From positions 793-64,792 of the forward strand of contig CAUZMC010000001.1 in NCBI GenBank assembly GCA_963580875.1: DNA of 64,000 bases, read 5' to 3'. The notes below the pieces were generated by a model that was not told where the DNA came from, did not search any database, and worked only from the letters and a program-made list of their open reading frames with translations. This document shows positions 49,794 through 59,791 of the stretch, piece after piece (the first letter of the stretch is position 1; every line of letters begins with the position of its first letter). Position numbers and translations under genes: made by a program. The DNA comes from Dehalococcoidia bacterium. GTDB lineage: Bacteria > Chloroflexota > Dehalococcoidia > Lucifugimonadales > UBA2985.

Positions 49794-50888
49794 TTGTATA
49801 ATGAGGCCACTTTGTCAGAACTGAAGTACGCAGGAAAACAACCATCCTTCAACACACCCAATCCCATAGAGTGGTCACAAGGATGCCTCAGGCTCCTTGA
49901 CCAGACCAAGCTGCCCTGGGAAGAGGTTGTTCTGGATATCAAAACCACCAAAGACACCGCACTAGCTATACGCGAGATGCGAGTTAGGGGTGCTCCGGCC
50001 ATAGGCGTCACGGCCGCCTATGGGATGGTGCTTGCAGCGACAGCCATTAAAGGGACGGACAGAAAATCTACCCTGGACGGACTGCTGCTGGCCTCTCAGG
50101 AGTTGGCAGAGTCAAGGCCAACGGCCGTTAACCTTCGCTGGGCGCTGGACAGGATGATGGCCTTCGCAGAGAGAATACCACAGAAGGACAATATGGAAAC
50201 TTCGCTTTTAAGTGAGGCCAAACAAGTCCACCTAGAGACCCAGGAGTCTGACTTGAGGATGGCCACATTTGGTGCATCCCTCATTCCGCTGTGTTCCACA
50301 GTATTGACTCACTGCAACACCGGCGCACTGGCCACTGGGGGCTACGGCACTGCACTTGGCGTCATTCACCGTGCGTGGATGGAAGGTCGAGTGAAGGATG
50401 TTCTAGCCACTGAGACTAGGCCCTGGCTTCAGGGAGCGCGACTTACCACATGGGAGTTGGCGCACATGGGCATTCCCGCGACACTCATAGTGGATTCCGC
50501 TGCTGGATATCTGATGAACCAGGGCAAAATCCATTGCGCCATCGTTGGGGCGGACAGGATTGCGGCCAACGGCGATGTGGCGAACAAGATAGGCACCTGC
50601 TCACTGGCAATACTGGCCCATGCTCATGGCATACCATTCTACGTGGCAGCACCATTTAGTACCGTTGATATGAGCATGGCATCAGGAGACGAAATACCCA
50701 TAGAGGAACGCCCAGCGGAAGAGATAAGGCGAATTAGAGACACACAGATAGCACTGGAGAACACACCTGTCTTGAACCCGGCATTTGACGTGACTCCCAG
50801 CAAATACATCAAGGCCATCATTACAGATAGGGGTGTTGCAGAGGCGCCCTACGTAGAGGCTTTGCGAAAGCTGGCGAACTGTGACTGA
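49794..50888 (+). CDS. mtnA: S-methyl-5-thioribose-1-phosphate isomerase
   Basis: Motifs 'LRLLDQTKLP', 'MRVRGAPAIG', 'RPTAVNL', 'THCNTGALAT' and 'VGADRIAANGD'. TTG start. Confidence 0.88.
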   Translation: MYNEATLSELKYAGKQPSFNTPNPIEWSQGCLRLLDQTKLPWEEVVLDIKTTKDTALAIREMRVRGAPAIGVTAAYGMVLAATAIKGTDRKSTLDGLLLASQELAESRPTAVNLRWALDRMMAFAERIPQKDNMETSLLSEAKQVHLETQESDLRMATFGASLIPLCSTVLTHCNTGALATGGYGTALGVIHRAWMEGRVKDVLATETRPWLQGARLTTWELAHMGIPATLIVDSAAGYLMNQGKIHCAIVGADRIAANGDVANKIGTCSLAILAHAHGIPFYVAAPFSTVDMSMASGDEIPIEERPAEEIRRIRDTQIALENTPVLNPAFDVTPSKYIKAIITDRGVAEAPYVEALRKLANCD

Positions 50889-51744
50889 AACCCGCATTGG
50901 AATAATAGGCGGCACTGGTTTGTACCAGATGGAAGGTTTGAACGACGTGAAGGAAGTCTACCTCGATACGCCCTTTGGCAAGCCAAGCGATGCTATCGTT
51001 ACAGGAACTTTTCATGGAGTAGGGGTTGCTTTTCTGCCACGTCACGGCAGAGGACACTTTTTTTCGCCATCGGAGATACCAGTCAGGGCCAACATATATG
51101 CCATGAAAGCCATTGGTGTCCAGAGGATAATATCTGTGAGCGCGGTGGGCAGCCTCAGAGAAGAAATAAGTCCCCTGGATATGGTTATACCTGACCAGAT
51201 TATTGATAAGACAAAGGGTCGTGTGAGCACCTTCTTTGGAGACGGCATAGTGGCTCACGTCGGATTTGCTGAGCCGTTTTGCCCATATATGACAGAGGCA
51301 CTTCACCGTGGATCGGAGAAAATTGGAGCTAAGGTTCATCCAACAGGTACATATGTGGTCATGGAAGGCCCACAGTTTTCCACCAAAGCTGAGTCACATA
51401 TGTACCGCTCGTGGGGTGCTGACGTCATCGGCATGACCGCGCTGCCGGAGGCCAAACTCGCCAGAGAAGCAGAGATATGCTACGCTATATTAGCTTGCTC
51501 TACAGACTACGACTGTTGGCATGAGAGCGAAACACCGGTGACCGTGGAGATGGTGGTGGCGAACCTGAATAAGAACACATCCCTCTCCAAAGCGATACTT
51601 GCTGACGTGATTCCGAGCTTGTCCGAGGAGCGGAATTGTTCTTGTGGTTCAGCCCTTGAGAATACCATCATAACCGCTAGAGAAGCGATTCCAACTGAAG
51701 CACTGGGGCGTCTTGCTCTGTTGGTAGACAAGTATTTAAAATAG
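50881..51744 (+). CDS. mtnP: S-methyl-5'-thioadenosine phosphorylase
   Basis: Motifs 'IGIIGGTG', 'FLPRHG', 'MEGPQFST.AES' and 'IGMT..PEA.LARE'. The GTG start overlaps mtnA by 8 nt. Confidence 0.9.
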   Translation: MTETRIGIIGGTGLYQMEGLNDVKEVYLDTPFGKPSDAIVTGTFHGVGVAFLPRHGRGHFFSPSEIPVRANIYAMKAIGVQRIISVSAVGSLREEISPLDMVIPDQIIDKTKGRVSTFFGDGIVAHVGFAEPFCPYMTEALHRGSEKIGAKVHPTGTYVVMEGPQFSTKAESHMYRSWGADVIGMTALPEAKLAREAEICYAILACSTDYDCWHESETPVTVEMVVANLNKNTSLSKAILADVIPSLSEERNCSCGSALENTIITAREAIPTEALGRLALLVDKYLK

Positions 51745-51815
51745 CGTGCCTATATACTTATTTCATGCTATGGAATAAGCGTCAAAATAATTGAGATACT
51801 TGGAGGATCATTGGT

Positions 51816-52160
51816 ATGCCAAGACAAGATTCAGGAGAGCCATACTGGCGTGTAAGCCTGGAAGAGGCCAAGGAGATGATTGATGGCGGGAACGCCGTGG
51901 TTATTGATGTGCGTCAGCCCGATGAGTGGGCTTCCGGTCATGTAGCTGGAGCTGTGCATATCCCTGTTGACGATGTCATTGCCCGCATCGACGAGTTACC
52001 CGCGGGGAAGGATCTGCTTTTCATATGCGCCATGGGCGCGCGAAGCGGTTTGGCATGTGAGATGGCCGCGGCTATGAGCCTAGCCTCTGACCGCCTCTTC
52101 AACATAGAGGCCGGCACTCCAGCCTGGATACAGGGTAACTATCCAACTGAGAAAGGTTAG
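51816..52160 (+). CDS. Single-domain rhodanese-like sulfurtransferase
   Basis: Motifs 'VIDVRQPDEW..GH..GA..IP' and the active-site loop 'CAMGARS'. Confidence 0.8.
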   Translation: MPRQDSGEPYWRVSLEEAKEMIDGGNAVVIDVRQPDEWASGHVAGAVHIPVDDVIARIDELPAGKDLLFICAMGARSGLACEMAAAMSLASDRLFNIEAGTPAWIQGNYPTEKG

Positions 52161-52327
52161 CCAACACCAGTTTGGGAGCGTCTTATTTTACGCTGTAGAT
52201 TTGGTGTTAGTGTGTGTGGTGATCGGGGGGTTCTCTGATTAGCAAATGTATTATAATGGGCTGTTTTTGCATCTCATGTAGCACTTATTTACGACGTTCT
52301 CGAGAGGAATCGCTTAGGTAAACAATT

Positions 52328-53329
52328 GTGATGTATGAAGAACAAAGAAACCTTAAAGACGTGGTTGGTATTGGCAATGCTATGGTCGATATCTTGGCAC
52401 CTGCAGGCGAGGCGTTTTTGCTTGAACATGGCCTGCTAAAGGGTGCAATGACGCTGGTGGACGCCCTACAGGCGGACAAAATACATGAAGCAATGGTCCC
52501 TGGAATAGAGATGTCCGGAGGCTCCGTGGGTAACACAATGGCTGGCTTGGCTTCTCTGGGAGGTACAGGGTCATATATAGGCAAGGTACATAACGACAAA
52601 TTTGGCGGCATTTTCCATCATGACATGGAATCCATGGGTATAACCTTCGGTACTGCGCCTGCTCTAGATAGTTCACCGACCGCGCGATGCTTGGTTATCG
52701 TTACCCCTGATGGACAGCGATCAATGGCTACCTATCTCGGTGCATGTGTTGAACTAGGCCCTGAGGATATAGACGCCGATACCATACAGCGCCATAAAGT
52801 GACATACTTGGAAGGTTATCTGTGGGATGCCCCCATGGCAAAAGAAGCTATGATAAAGGCGGCAGAGCTGGCACATGACGCTGGACGTCAGGTGGCTCTG
52901 ACACTTTCTGATTCCTTCTGCGTTGGTCGTTATCGTGACTCATTTAGAGATCTGATTCTGAATCACGTGGATATTCTCTTTGCCAACGAACAGGAGATTA
53001 TCTCGCTGTACCAAGAAGAGAATGTCCATGCTGCCCTAGAACTTGGGCGCGGCGACTGCAACTTGGTGGCTGTCACTCTCGGAGCGGAGGGGTCGCTCAT
53101 CGCCACGAGTGAAATTGTGCACCACGTTAATGCCGTGTTGGTGGAACGCGTTGTGGATACCACGGGAGCTGGAGATCTCTATGCAGCTGGTTTTCTTTAC
53201 GGCATTACACACGGCTACGACGTAGCGATCAGTGGACACATTGGTGCCATAGCGGCGGGAGAGATAATCAGCCACGTTGGAGCGAGATCAGAGTCAGACC
53301 TGCAAGAGTTGGTGCAGCAAGCGCTGTAG
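52328..53329 (+). CDS. PfkB-family kinase, adenosine kinase-like
   Basis: Motifs 'GIGNAMVDIL', 'FANEQE' and 'DTTGAGDLYAAGFLYG'. The adenosine-kinase assignment rests partly on its position next to ahcY. Confidence 0.75.
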   Translation: MMYEEQRNLKDVVGIGNAMVDILAPAGEAFLLEHGLLKGAMTLVDALQADKIHEAMVPGIEMSGGSVGNTMAGLASLGGTGSYIGKVHNDKFGGIFHHDMESMGITFGTAPALDSSPTARCLVIVTPDGQRSMATYLGACVELGPEDIDADTIQRHKVTYLEGYLWDAPMAKEAMIKAAELAHDAGRQVALTLSDSFCVGRYRDSFRDLILNHVDILFANEQEIISLYQEENVHAALELGRGDCNLVAVTLGAEGSLIATSEIVHHVNAVLVERVVDTTGAGDLYAAGFLYGITHGYDVAISGHIGAIAAGEIISHVGARSESDLQELVQQAL

Positions 53330-53381
53330 AATTAGCCGTTTGGAAGTGGACATGCCAACTCTTAATCAACTATGATGCACT

Positions 53382-53415
53382 GGCTGAGAATAAACATGCA
53401 TGTTTATTCTCAGCC
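53382..53415. repeat. Perfect 34-nt palindrome (hairpin or operator) between the kinase gene and ahcY
   Basis: GGCTGAGAATAAACATG|CATGTTTATTCTCAGCC. No U-tract follows on either strand. Confidence 0.6.
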
Positions 53416-53472
53416 ACTTAACAAGTAATATCATGATTTCAAGCCCTTGATTTTAAGGAGGATAGTTAAAGG

Positions 53473-54741
53473 ATGGTTACCAAAGCTGAAGGAGATGTGA
53501 AAGATCTGAATCTGGCTAGCCAAGGAGTTATGCGTATTGAGTGGGCTGCCAGGGAGATGCGGGTTCTACGTATCATAAGGGAACGCTTCCTCAAGGAGAA
53601 GCCTCTTCAGGGCATAAAGTTGTCTGCATGTCTCCATGTAACCACTGAAACGGCCAATTTGGCAATAACTCTTCGGGATGGCGGAGCTAGCGTAGCTCTT
53701 TGCGCTAGCAATCCATTGAGCACTCAAGATGATACGGCCGCCGCTTTAGTGAGTGAGTATGGAATACCGACCTTTGCTATTCATGGAGAGGATAATTCCA
53801 CCTACTACCAGCATATTCATTCCACATTGGATCATGCGCCTCACTATACCATGGACGATGGTGCGGATTTAGTGACTGTGCTCCACAAGGAACGAACGGA
53901 GCTCTTGCCTGGAGTTAGAGGTGGTACAGAGGAAACAACTACCGGAGTCATACGTCTGAGGAGCATGGCCAATGAGGGCAAGCTTCAATACCCGATTATT
54001 GCCATCAACGATGCAGACACCAAGCACCTGTTCGACAATCGCTATGGGACCGGGCAGAGCACACTGGATGGCATCACGCGTGCTACCAACGTGCTCTGGG
54101 CTGGGAAGAACGTGGTGGTCTGCGGCTACGGCTGGTGCGGTCGCGGCATTGCTTCAAGGGCTCGTGGCATGGGATCACATGTTATCGTAACCGAGGTTGA
54201 TGCGGTACGGGCCTTGGAAGCTGTCATGGATGGCTATCAAGTCATGCCGATTATTGACGCTTCTCCATTGGGTGATATTTTTATCACTGCCACTGGAGAC
54301 ATTAATGTAATAGATGGCCCTAGCATGGAGTGCATGAAAAACGGCGCTATTTTGGCCAACAGCGGGCACTTTAATTCGGAGATAAACATTCCTTGCCTGG
54401 AATCCATGTCAAGTGCTAAGCGTGTAGTCCGCTCATCCGTGGAGGAATACACTATCAAGGACGGTCGGATGCTGTACCTATTGGCAGAAGGGCGGCTCAT
54501 TAATCTGGCCGCGGCCGAGGGTCATCCATCCAGTGTGATGGATATGAGCTTTGCAAATCAGGCTCTCTGTATAGAGTATTTGGCTGGTCTCAATAGTGAA
54601 TTGAAGAGCGACGTTCATATTGTGCCAGTTGAAATAGATACTACTGTGGCTCGACTTAAACTAGAGTCCTTGGGTATTTCCGTGGATTCCTTGACGGAAG
54701 AACAGAAAAAGTACCTGTCAAGCTGGGAAGAGGGCACGTAA
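53473..54741 (+). CDS. ahcY: Adenosylhomocysteinase
   Basis: Motifs 'SNPLSTQDD', 'GTEETTTG', 'NDADTKH.FDNRYG' and the NAD site 'GYGWCGRG'. Confidence 0.95.
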   Translation: MVTKAEGDVKDLNLASQGVMRIEWAAREMRVLRIIRERFLKEKPLQGIKLSACLHVTTETANLAITLRDGGASVALCASNPLSTQDDTAAALVSEYGIPTFAIHGEDNSTYYQHIHSTLDHAPHYTMDDGADLVTVLHKERTELLPGVRGGTEETTTGVIRLRSMANEGKLQYPIIAINDADTKHLFDNRYGTGQSTLDGITRATNVLWAGKNVVVCGYGWCGRGIASRARGMGSHVIVTEVDAVRALEAVMDGYQVMPIIDASPLGDIFITATGDINVIDGPSMECMKNGAILANSGHFNSEINIPCLESMSSAKRVVRSSVEEYTIKDGRMLYLLAEGRLINLAAAEGHPSSVMDMSFANQALCIEYLAGLNSELKSDVHIVPVEIDTTVARLKLESLGISVDSLTEEQKKYLSSWEEGT

Positions 54742-54778
54742 GGTAGGCATCTAAGTAAGTTGTTGAGGAGGAAAAATA

Positions 54779-56011
54779 ATGGGATTCGCATTCACAGACT
54801 CACTATCCTATCTGTACACATCTGAATCGGTGACAGAGGGACATCCGGACAAGCTGTGCGATCAAATATCTGACTCGATATTGGATGCTATCTTAACCAA
54901 GGACCCGGATGCTCGTGTCGCTTGTGAGACGTGCGTGACTAATGGGCTTGTAGTGGTCATGGGCGAAATAACCACTAACAGTTATGTCGACGTTTCAAAC
55001 ATCATCCGAGAGACAATATATGGTGCGGGATACAACAACCCTGACTTCGGGTTCGACTCTAAAAGTTGTGGAGTGATTGTGTCTCTGCAGGAGCAATCAA
55101 AAGACATTGCTCTTGGAGTTGATGCATCACAGGAAGCCAAGGAAAAGGGATCACGTTACACCAACGATGACCCAGATATGATCGGCGCAGGCGATCAGGG
55201 TATGGTGGTTGGATTTGCCTGCAACGAGACTTCTGAACTAATGCCGATGTCCATTGACCTTGCTCACAAGCTGTGTCAGCGTTTGGCCTACGTACGTAAA
55301 GAAGGTCTTATTCCGTATCTTCGACCAGACGGCAAGGCGCAGGTCACGGTGGAGTATTCCTATGGTGTGCCAAAACGGATAGAGGCGGTTGTTGTAAGTA
55401 CACAACACTCCCCAGATGTGTCGCAAGAAGTTATTGAACGTGATATTGCATCCCTTGTAATAGATGAAATTATCCCCAAGGCGCTGTGGGATAGTAATAC
55501 AAAAGTATTCATAAATCCTACCGGAAGATTTGTCGTCGGCGGCCCAGTTGCCGATACAGGACTCACGGGTCGCAAGATATTGGTGGACACTTATGGAGGA
55601 GTAGCACGTCACGGTGGTGGTGCTTTTTCTGGCAAAGATCCAACCAAGATTGATCGCTCGGCTGCTTACATGGCACGCTATGCTGCCAAGAACATAGTTG
55701 CTGCCGGGCTTGCAGATCGTCTTGAGATACAGGTCTCATATGCCATAGGTAAGTCACACCCTCTCTCGATTTCAGTGGAGACATTCGGTACAGGACAAGT
55801 GGAAGACAATACCATCATAGAACTTCTGCACAAGCACTTCGATTTCCGTCCAGCAGCCATTATTAATAACTTGAACCTTCGTCAGCCCATGTACAAGCTG
55901 TCAGCCGCCTACGGACACTTTGGAAGGGAAGATGTGGAGTTTCCATGGGAACGCACAGATAAGGTGGATATTCTTCGTGCAGAGGCTGGCCTCAAAGGCA
56001 TAAGGAAATAG
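54779..56011 (+). CDS. metK: S-adenosylmethionine synthase
   Basis: Motifs '[17 protein letters not shown]', 'GAGDQG' and '[14 protein letters not shown]'. Confidence 0.95.
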   Translation: MGFAFTDSLSYLYTSESVTEGHPDKLCDQISDSILDAILTKDPDARVACETCVTNGLVVVMGEITTNSYVDVSNIIRETIYGAGYNNPDFGFDSKSCGVIVSLQEQSKDIALGVDASQEAKEKGSRYTNDDPDMIGAGDQGMVVGFACNETSELMPMSIDLAHKLCQRLAYVRKEGLIPYLRPDGKAQVTVEYSYGVPKRIEAVVVSTQHSPDVSQEVIERDIASLVIDEIIPKALWDSNTKVFINPTGRFVVGGPVADTGLTGRKILVDTYGGVARHGGGAFSGKDPTKIDRSAAYMARYAAKNIVAAGLADRLEIQVSYAIGKSHPLSISVETFGTGQVEDNTIIELLHKHFDFRPAAIINNLNLRQPMYKLSAAYGHFGREDVEFPWERTDKVDILRAEAGLKGIRK

Positions 56012-56045
56012 GGAGAGGCCACGGTCTGAGAGCTAGGTATGCAAA

Positions 56046-57149
56046 ATGAAGGCAGTTATTCTGGCTGGAGGAGAGGGAACTCGTTTAAGGCCTTTGACTT
56101 GTAACATACCAAAGCCCATGGTGCCAATTCTCAACAGACCTTTTCTGGAGCACATGTTGGGACACCTCAAGGGGCATGGGGTTGACTCAGCTATTCTCAC
56201 TCTATGCTATCTTCCAGATATAATAGAGTCGCATTTTGGAGGTGGAGAGCAGATTGGTATGGATCTCTCTTACGTTCTGGAAGAGACACCGCTTGGTACT
56301 GCTGGGGCTGTTAAGAATGTTGAGAACGATCTTAATGGGACGTTCTTTGTCCTCAACGGTGATATATTCACCGACCTTGACCTGAGAGATATGGTCAGAT
56401 TCCACAGAGAGAAAGGAGCCAAGGTTACTCTTTTTCTCACTCCTGTGGAAGACCCATCCGCATTTGGAGTTGTCGAGATAACTCCAAATGGTCGTGTACA
56501 GCGTTTTCTGGAGAAACCGGCCCATGGCGTGACAACAAGCAACTGGATTAACGGTGGTATATACCTTATTGAGGCTGATGTGTTGGTCCACGCTCCAGCT
56601 GGAGAGTTCTACATGTTCGAGCGCGGACTTTTCCCGAAGCTCCTTGAGATTGGTGTGCCAGTGTATGGATATCAAGCCAGCCCCTATTGGATTGACCTAG
56701 GTACTCCGGCTAGCTATTCGCGCGTACACCATGACCTCCTTGAGGTAGATTTATCGGGCAACTTGGCAGAGGCCAGCAGTGCTAGTCATGAACATAGTTC
56801 AATAGATCCATCAGCCAAGATATTGGGGCATGTTCTCTTGGGAGAGGGCTGTTCGATAGGACCCGGGTCTCTTGTTCAGGGTCCTTCTGTACTTGGAGAT
56901 GGATGCAAAATTGGTTCCGATGTCACTATAATTGAATCTATCCTATGGCAGAACGTGGTAGTTGAAAGAGGATCTGTCCTGGAAAAATGCATTGTTGGTA
57001 GTGGAGCGCATATTGGAGAGGCGGTAAATGTGGGCGAACGATGTATACTGGGCGATAATGTTGTTGTAGGCAAGGGTAATCAGATGGACCGCGGTATGGT
57101 CATGTGGCCGGGCATGTCCCTAGAGCCTGAAGCTGTCTCCTTTCATTAA
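56046..57149 (+). CDS. Sugar-1-phosphate nucleotidyltransferase (mannose-1-phosphate guanylyltransferase-like) with a C-terminal left-handed beta-helix
   Basis: The N-terminus is 'MKAVILAGGEGTRLRPLT...PKPM' and the C-terminus carries hexapeptide repeats. The GDP-mannose assignment is inferred from the neighbouring genes. Confidence 0.8.
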   Translation: MKAVILAGGEGTRLRPLTCNIPKPMVPILNRPFLEHMLGHLKGHGVDSAILTLCYLPDIIESHFGGGEQIGMDLSYVLEETPLGTAGAVKNVENDLNGTFFVLNGDIFTDLDLRDMVRFHREKGAKVTLFLTPVEDPSAFGVVEITPNGRVQRFLEKPAHGVTTSNWINGGIYLIEADVLVHAPAGEFYMFERGLFPKLLEIGVPVYGYQASPYWIDLGTPASYSRVHHDLLEVDLSGNLAEASSASHEHSSIDPSAKILGHVLLGEGCSIGPGSLVQGPSVLGDGCKIGSDVTIIESILWQNVVVERGSVLEKCIVGSGAHIGEAVNVGERCILGDNVVVGKGNQMDRGMVMWPGMSLEPEAVSFH

Positions 57150-57186
57150 ATAATAAGCCTTTAAATAAATATATGTTTGTAATCAT

Positions 57187-58608
57187 ATGACTATTAAATT
57201 TGGTACAGACGGTTGGCGTGGAATTATCGCCGATGACTTCACTTTCGACAACGTGAGATACTGTGCACAGGGTGTGAGCTGCTACCTATTGGAGCAGGGG
57301 TTGGCCCAACGCGGACTGGTGGTTGGCTACGATACCCGTTTTGCGTCGGAGGACTTCGCGTTGGCGGTCGCAGAGGTGGCCGCTGGGAACGGAATCACGA
57401 CATATCTCTGTGACCGGCCTGCACCAACACCAGTGCTTAGTTTTAACGTGCTCCATCACCAGGCAGGAGGCGGAGCAATGATCACCGCAAGCCATAATCC
57501 TGCCAAGTGGAACGGTTTCAAGTACAAGCCAGAATATGCAGGTAGCGCCTCTCCTGAGATTGTGGATGCTTTGGAGAAACACATAGCGGCTGTTTTGACG
57601 AACAAAGAAGTCCAAACCTTTTCTTGGGATAATGCCCTAGAATCGGGCATAGGAAAGTTCATAGACCCAGCCTCGTCTTACCTTGCGCACATAGCAAGCA
57701 TGGTGGATATGCAGGGAATAAGAGCCGCCGGTCTCAATGTGGTTGTGGATCCAATGTACGGTGCAGGAGCAGGATACCTTACGTCGCTGCTTGATGGAGG
57801 TAACATCCGGGTACATGAGATACACGGAGAAAGGAACCCTACTTTCCCAGGCATGGGCCAGCCAGAGCCGGTGGCACATAACCTATTGGATTTGTCACGT
57901 GCAGTCCTTGATCAAAATGCTGATGCGGGTCTTGCACTGGACGCCGATGCTGACCGGTTTGGATTGGTGGATGAAAAGGGTAATTTCATCACACCCCTTC
58001 AGGTCTTCGCACTTTTGGTGCTGTATCTGTTGGAGACAAATGGAGAGCGTGGCGCTTTGGTCAAGTCTCTAACTGCCACTAGTATGGTTTTTAGGCTTGG
58101 GGAGCTTTTCAACGTTCCAGTACATGAGACTCCAGTAGGATTTAAGTACGTTGGCACAGTTATGACCCGAGAAAATGCCCTCATAGGTGGAGAGGAGAGC
58201 GGTGGATTCGGCTTTCGTGGACATATTCCCGAACGCGATGGCGTTCTAAGTGCTCTATTTCTGCTGGATATGATGGTCAAGACTGGCAAAAGGCCATCGG
58301 AACTTGTGGAATATCTGTACAGCCGTGTTGGGCCTCATCACTATCGCAGAGACGACGTTACTTTTGATCCGGAAAAACGTAATACTCTGCAGAAGCGACT
58401 TCAGGAAGCCAAACCAGATGCCATTGGTGGCATAAAGGTGGTGCGTAGGGACAATGTGGATGGTACACGATTCACATTGGATGACGGTTCATGGGCCATT
58501 GTTCGTTTCTCTGGAACTGAACCCCTTCTTCGCGTCTATGCCGAGGGGGAAAGTCTGGATAGAGTTGATATCCTTATAGCCGAAATTCGGAATCTTGCAG
58601 GAGTTTGA
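57187..58608 (+). CDS. Phosphomannomutase / phosphoglucomutase
   Basis: The active-site Ser loop 'TASHNPAKWNGFK', the metal loop 'DADADR' and the sugar loop 'GEESGG' are all present. Confidence 0.9.
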   Translation: MTIKFGTDGWRGIIADDFTFDNVRYCAQGVSCYLLEQGLAQRGLVVGYDTRFASEDFALAVAEVAAGNGITTYLCDRPAPTPVLSFNVLHHQAGGGAMITASHNPAKWNGFKYKPEYAGSASPEIVDALEKHIAAVLTNKEVQTFSWDNALESGIGKFIDPASSYLAHIASMVDMQGIRAAGLNVVVDPMYGAGAGYLTSLLDGGNIRVHEIHGERNPTFPGMGQPEPVAHNLLDLSRAVLDQNADAGLALDADADRFGLVDEKGNFITPLQVFALLVLYLLETNGERGALVKSLTATSMVFRLGELFNVPVHETPVGFKYVGTVMTRENALIGGEESGGFGFRGHIPERDGVLSALFLLDMMVKTGKRPSELVEYLYSRVGPHHYRRDDVTFDPEKRNTLQKRLQEAKPDAIGGIKVVRRDNVDGTRFTLDDGSWAIVRFSGTEPLLRVYAEGESLDRVDILIAEIRNLAGV

Positions 58609-59687
58609 TGGTTAACAACGATCTGTCTTTCCTAGACAATGTAGGAACATATAAAATCCTAGACGTTACTGGATTCCAGAATAGAATAGGAGATCTTCCA
58701 TCTCAATGCGTTCGTGCTTGGGAACAGGGATTGAAGTTCAAGCTACCCGATGACTACTGCAATGTGCGCAACGTGATCGTGACTGGTGTAGGAGGCTCTG
58801 CAATTGGAGGGGAACTCTTGGGTGACCTGATTTCCAAGGACGGATCTCCCCTTGTGACGGTGTGTCGCGACTACCATCTACCCCCATACCTTGGTATGGA
58901 CTCTCTGGTAATTGCATCCAGTTACTCAGGGAACACAGAAGAGACTATCGCCGCGTTTCATGATGCCATCAAGCGAAGGGCAAAGGTTATTGTTGTAACC
59001 ACAGGAGGCCAATTGCTAGAATTGGCCAATAAAGAAGGCGTACCTGTGTTTCTCATCGACTACGTGGGAGAGCCAAGGACGGCCCTGGGATACAGTTTTT
59101 TGGTTCCTCTGGCCATTCTGCAAAACCTGGGGTTAATTGATCATATGAACGAAGCTGTTTTGGAAGCAGCTGAGGTGCTACTTTCTCTCAGCCATAGGCT
59201 TGAGGTGCAAATACCCACACACGATAATCCTGCCAAAGAGCTGGCTATATCCCTCCAAGGAAAGCTAATAGTGATTTACGGAGGAGGAATGCTCACCGGG
59301 GTAGCCAGACGGTGGAAGACTCAGTTCAACGAGAACTCCAAGGCATGGGCATTTGTTGAACTTCTGCCGGAAGCGGGACATAATGCCATAGCTGGACTTC
59401 AATGGCCAAAATCTGTAGGCAAGAAGGTGTGTGGAGTGCTGTTGAATACTTGGAGCCTACACCCGCGCATCAAGTTGAGGTACCAGGTTATAGAGGAACT
59501 TCTTGGTAATGCTGGAGTGGAATGTCGTACTGTGGACGGAGTTGGTGAAAGTACTCTGGCGCAGATGCTCAGCTCCGTTATGTTTGGAGACTACACAAGC
59601 TATTATTTGGCTCTGTTAAACGGAGAGGACCCCTCTCCAGTATCGTCGCTGGATTACCTAAAAAGTAGACTGAAAGATTTATGGTAG
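58605..59687 (+). CDS. Bifunctional phosphoglucose/phosphomannose isomerase (SIS domain)
   Basis: A 4-nt overlap links it to the mutase gene. The SIS motifs 'GVGGSAIGG' and 'SYSGNTEET' are present. Confidence 0.8.
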   Translation: MMVNNDLSFLDNVGTYKILDVTGFQNRIGDLPSQCVRAWEQGLKFKLPDDYCNVRNVIVTGVGGSAIGGELLGDLISKDGSPLVTVCRDYHLPPYLGMDSLVIASSYSGNTEETIAAFHDAIKRRAKVIVVTTGGQLLELANKEGVPVFLIDYVGEPRTALGYSFLVPLAILQNLGLIDHMNEAVLEAAEVLLSLSHRLEVQIPTHDNPAKELAISLQGKLIVIYGGGMLTGVARRWKTQFNENSKAWAFVELLPEAGHNAIAGLQWPKSVGKKVCGVLLNTWSLHPRIKLRYQVIEELLGNAGVECRTVDGVGESTLAQMLSSVMFGDYTSYYLALLNGEDPSPVSSLDYLKSRLKDLW

Positions 59688-59791
59688 AGCAAGTCGGATA
59701 ATATTAGAATAATCGCATCTTAATGTCTGTGTGTGTAAAGCTGCCTCTGACTTGGAGAACGTTTTACTTTAGCTTACTCTTAAGAAATATT

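Noticed and set aside
53330-54778. SAH riboswitch upstream of ahcY and SAM riboswitch upstream of metK.
   Set aside because: The ahcY leader is AT-rich and contains only the palindrome, with none of the GC-rich SAH-element consensus. The ahcY-metK spacer is only 37 nt.
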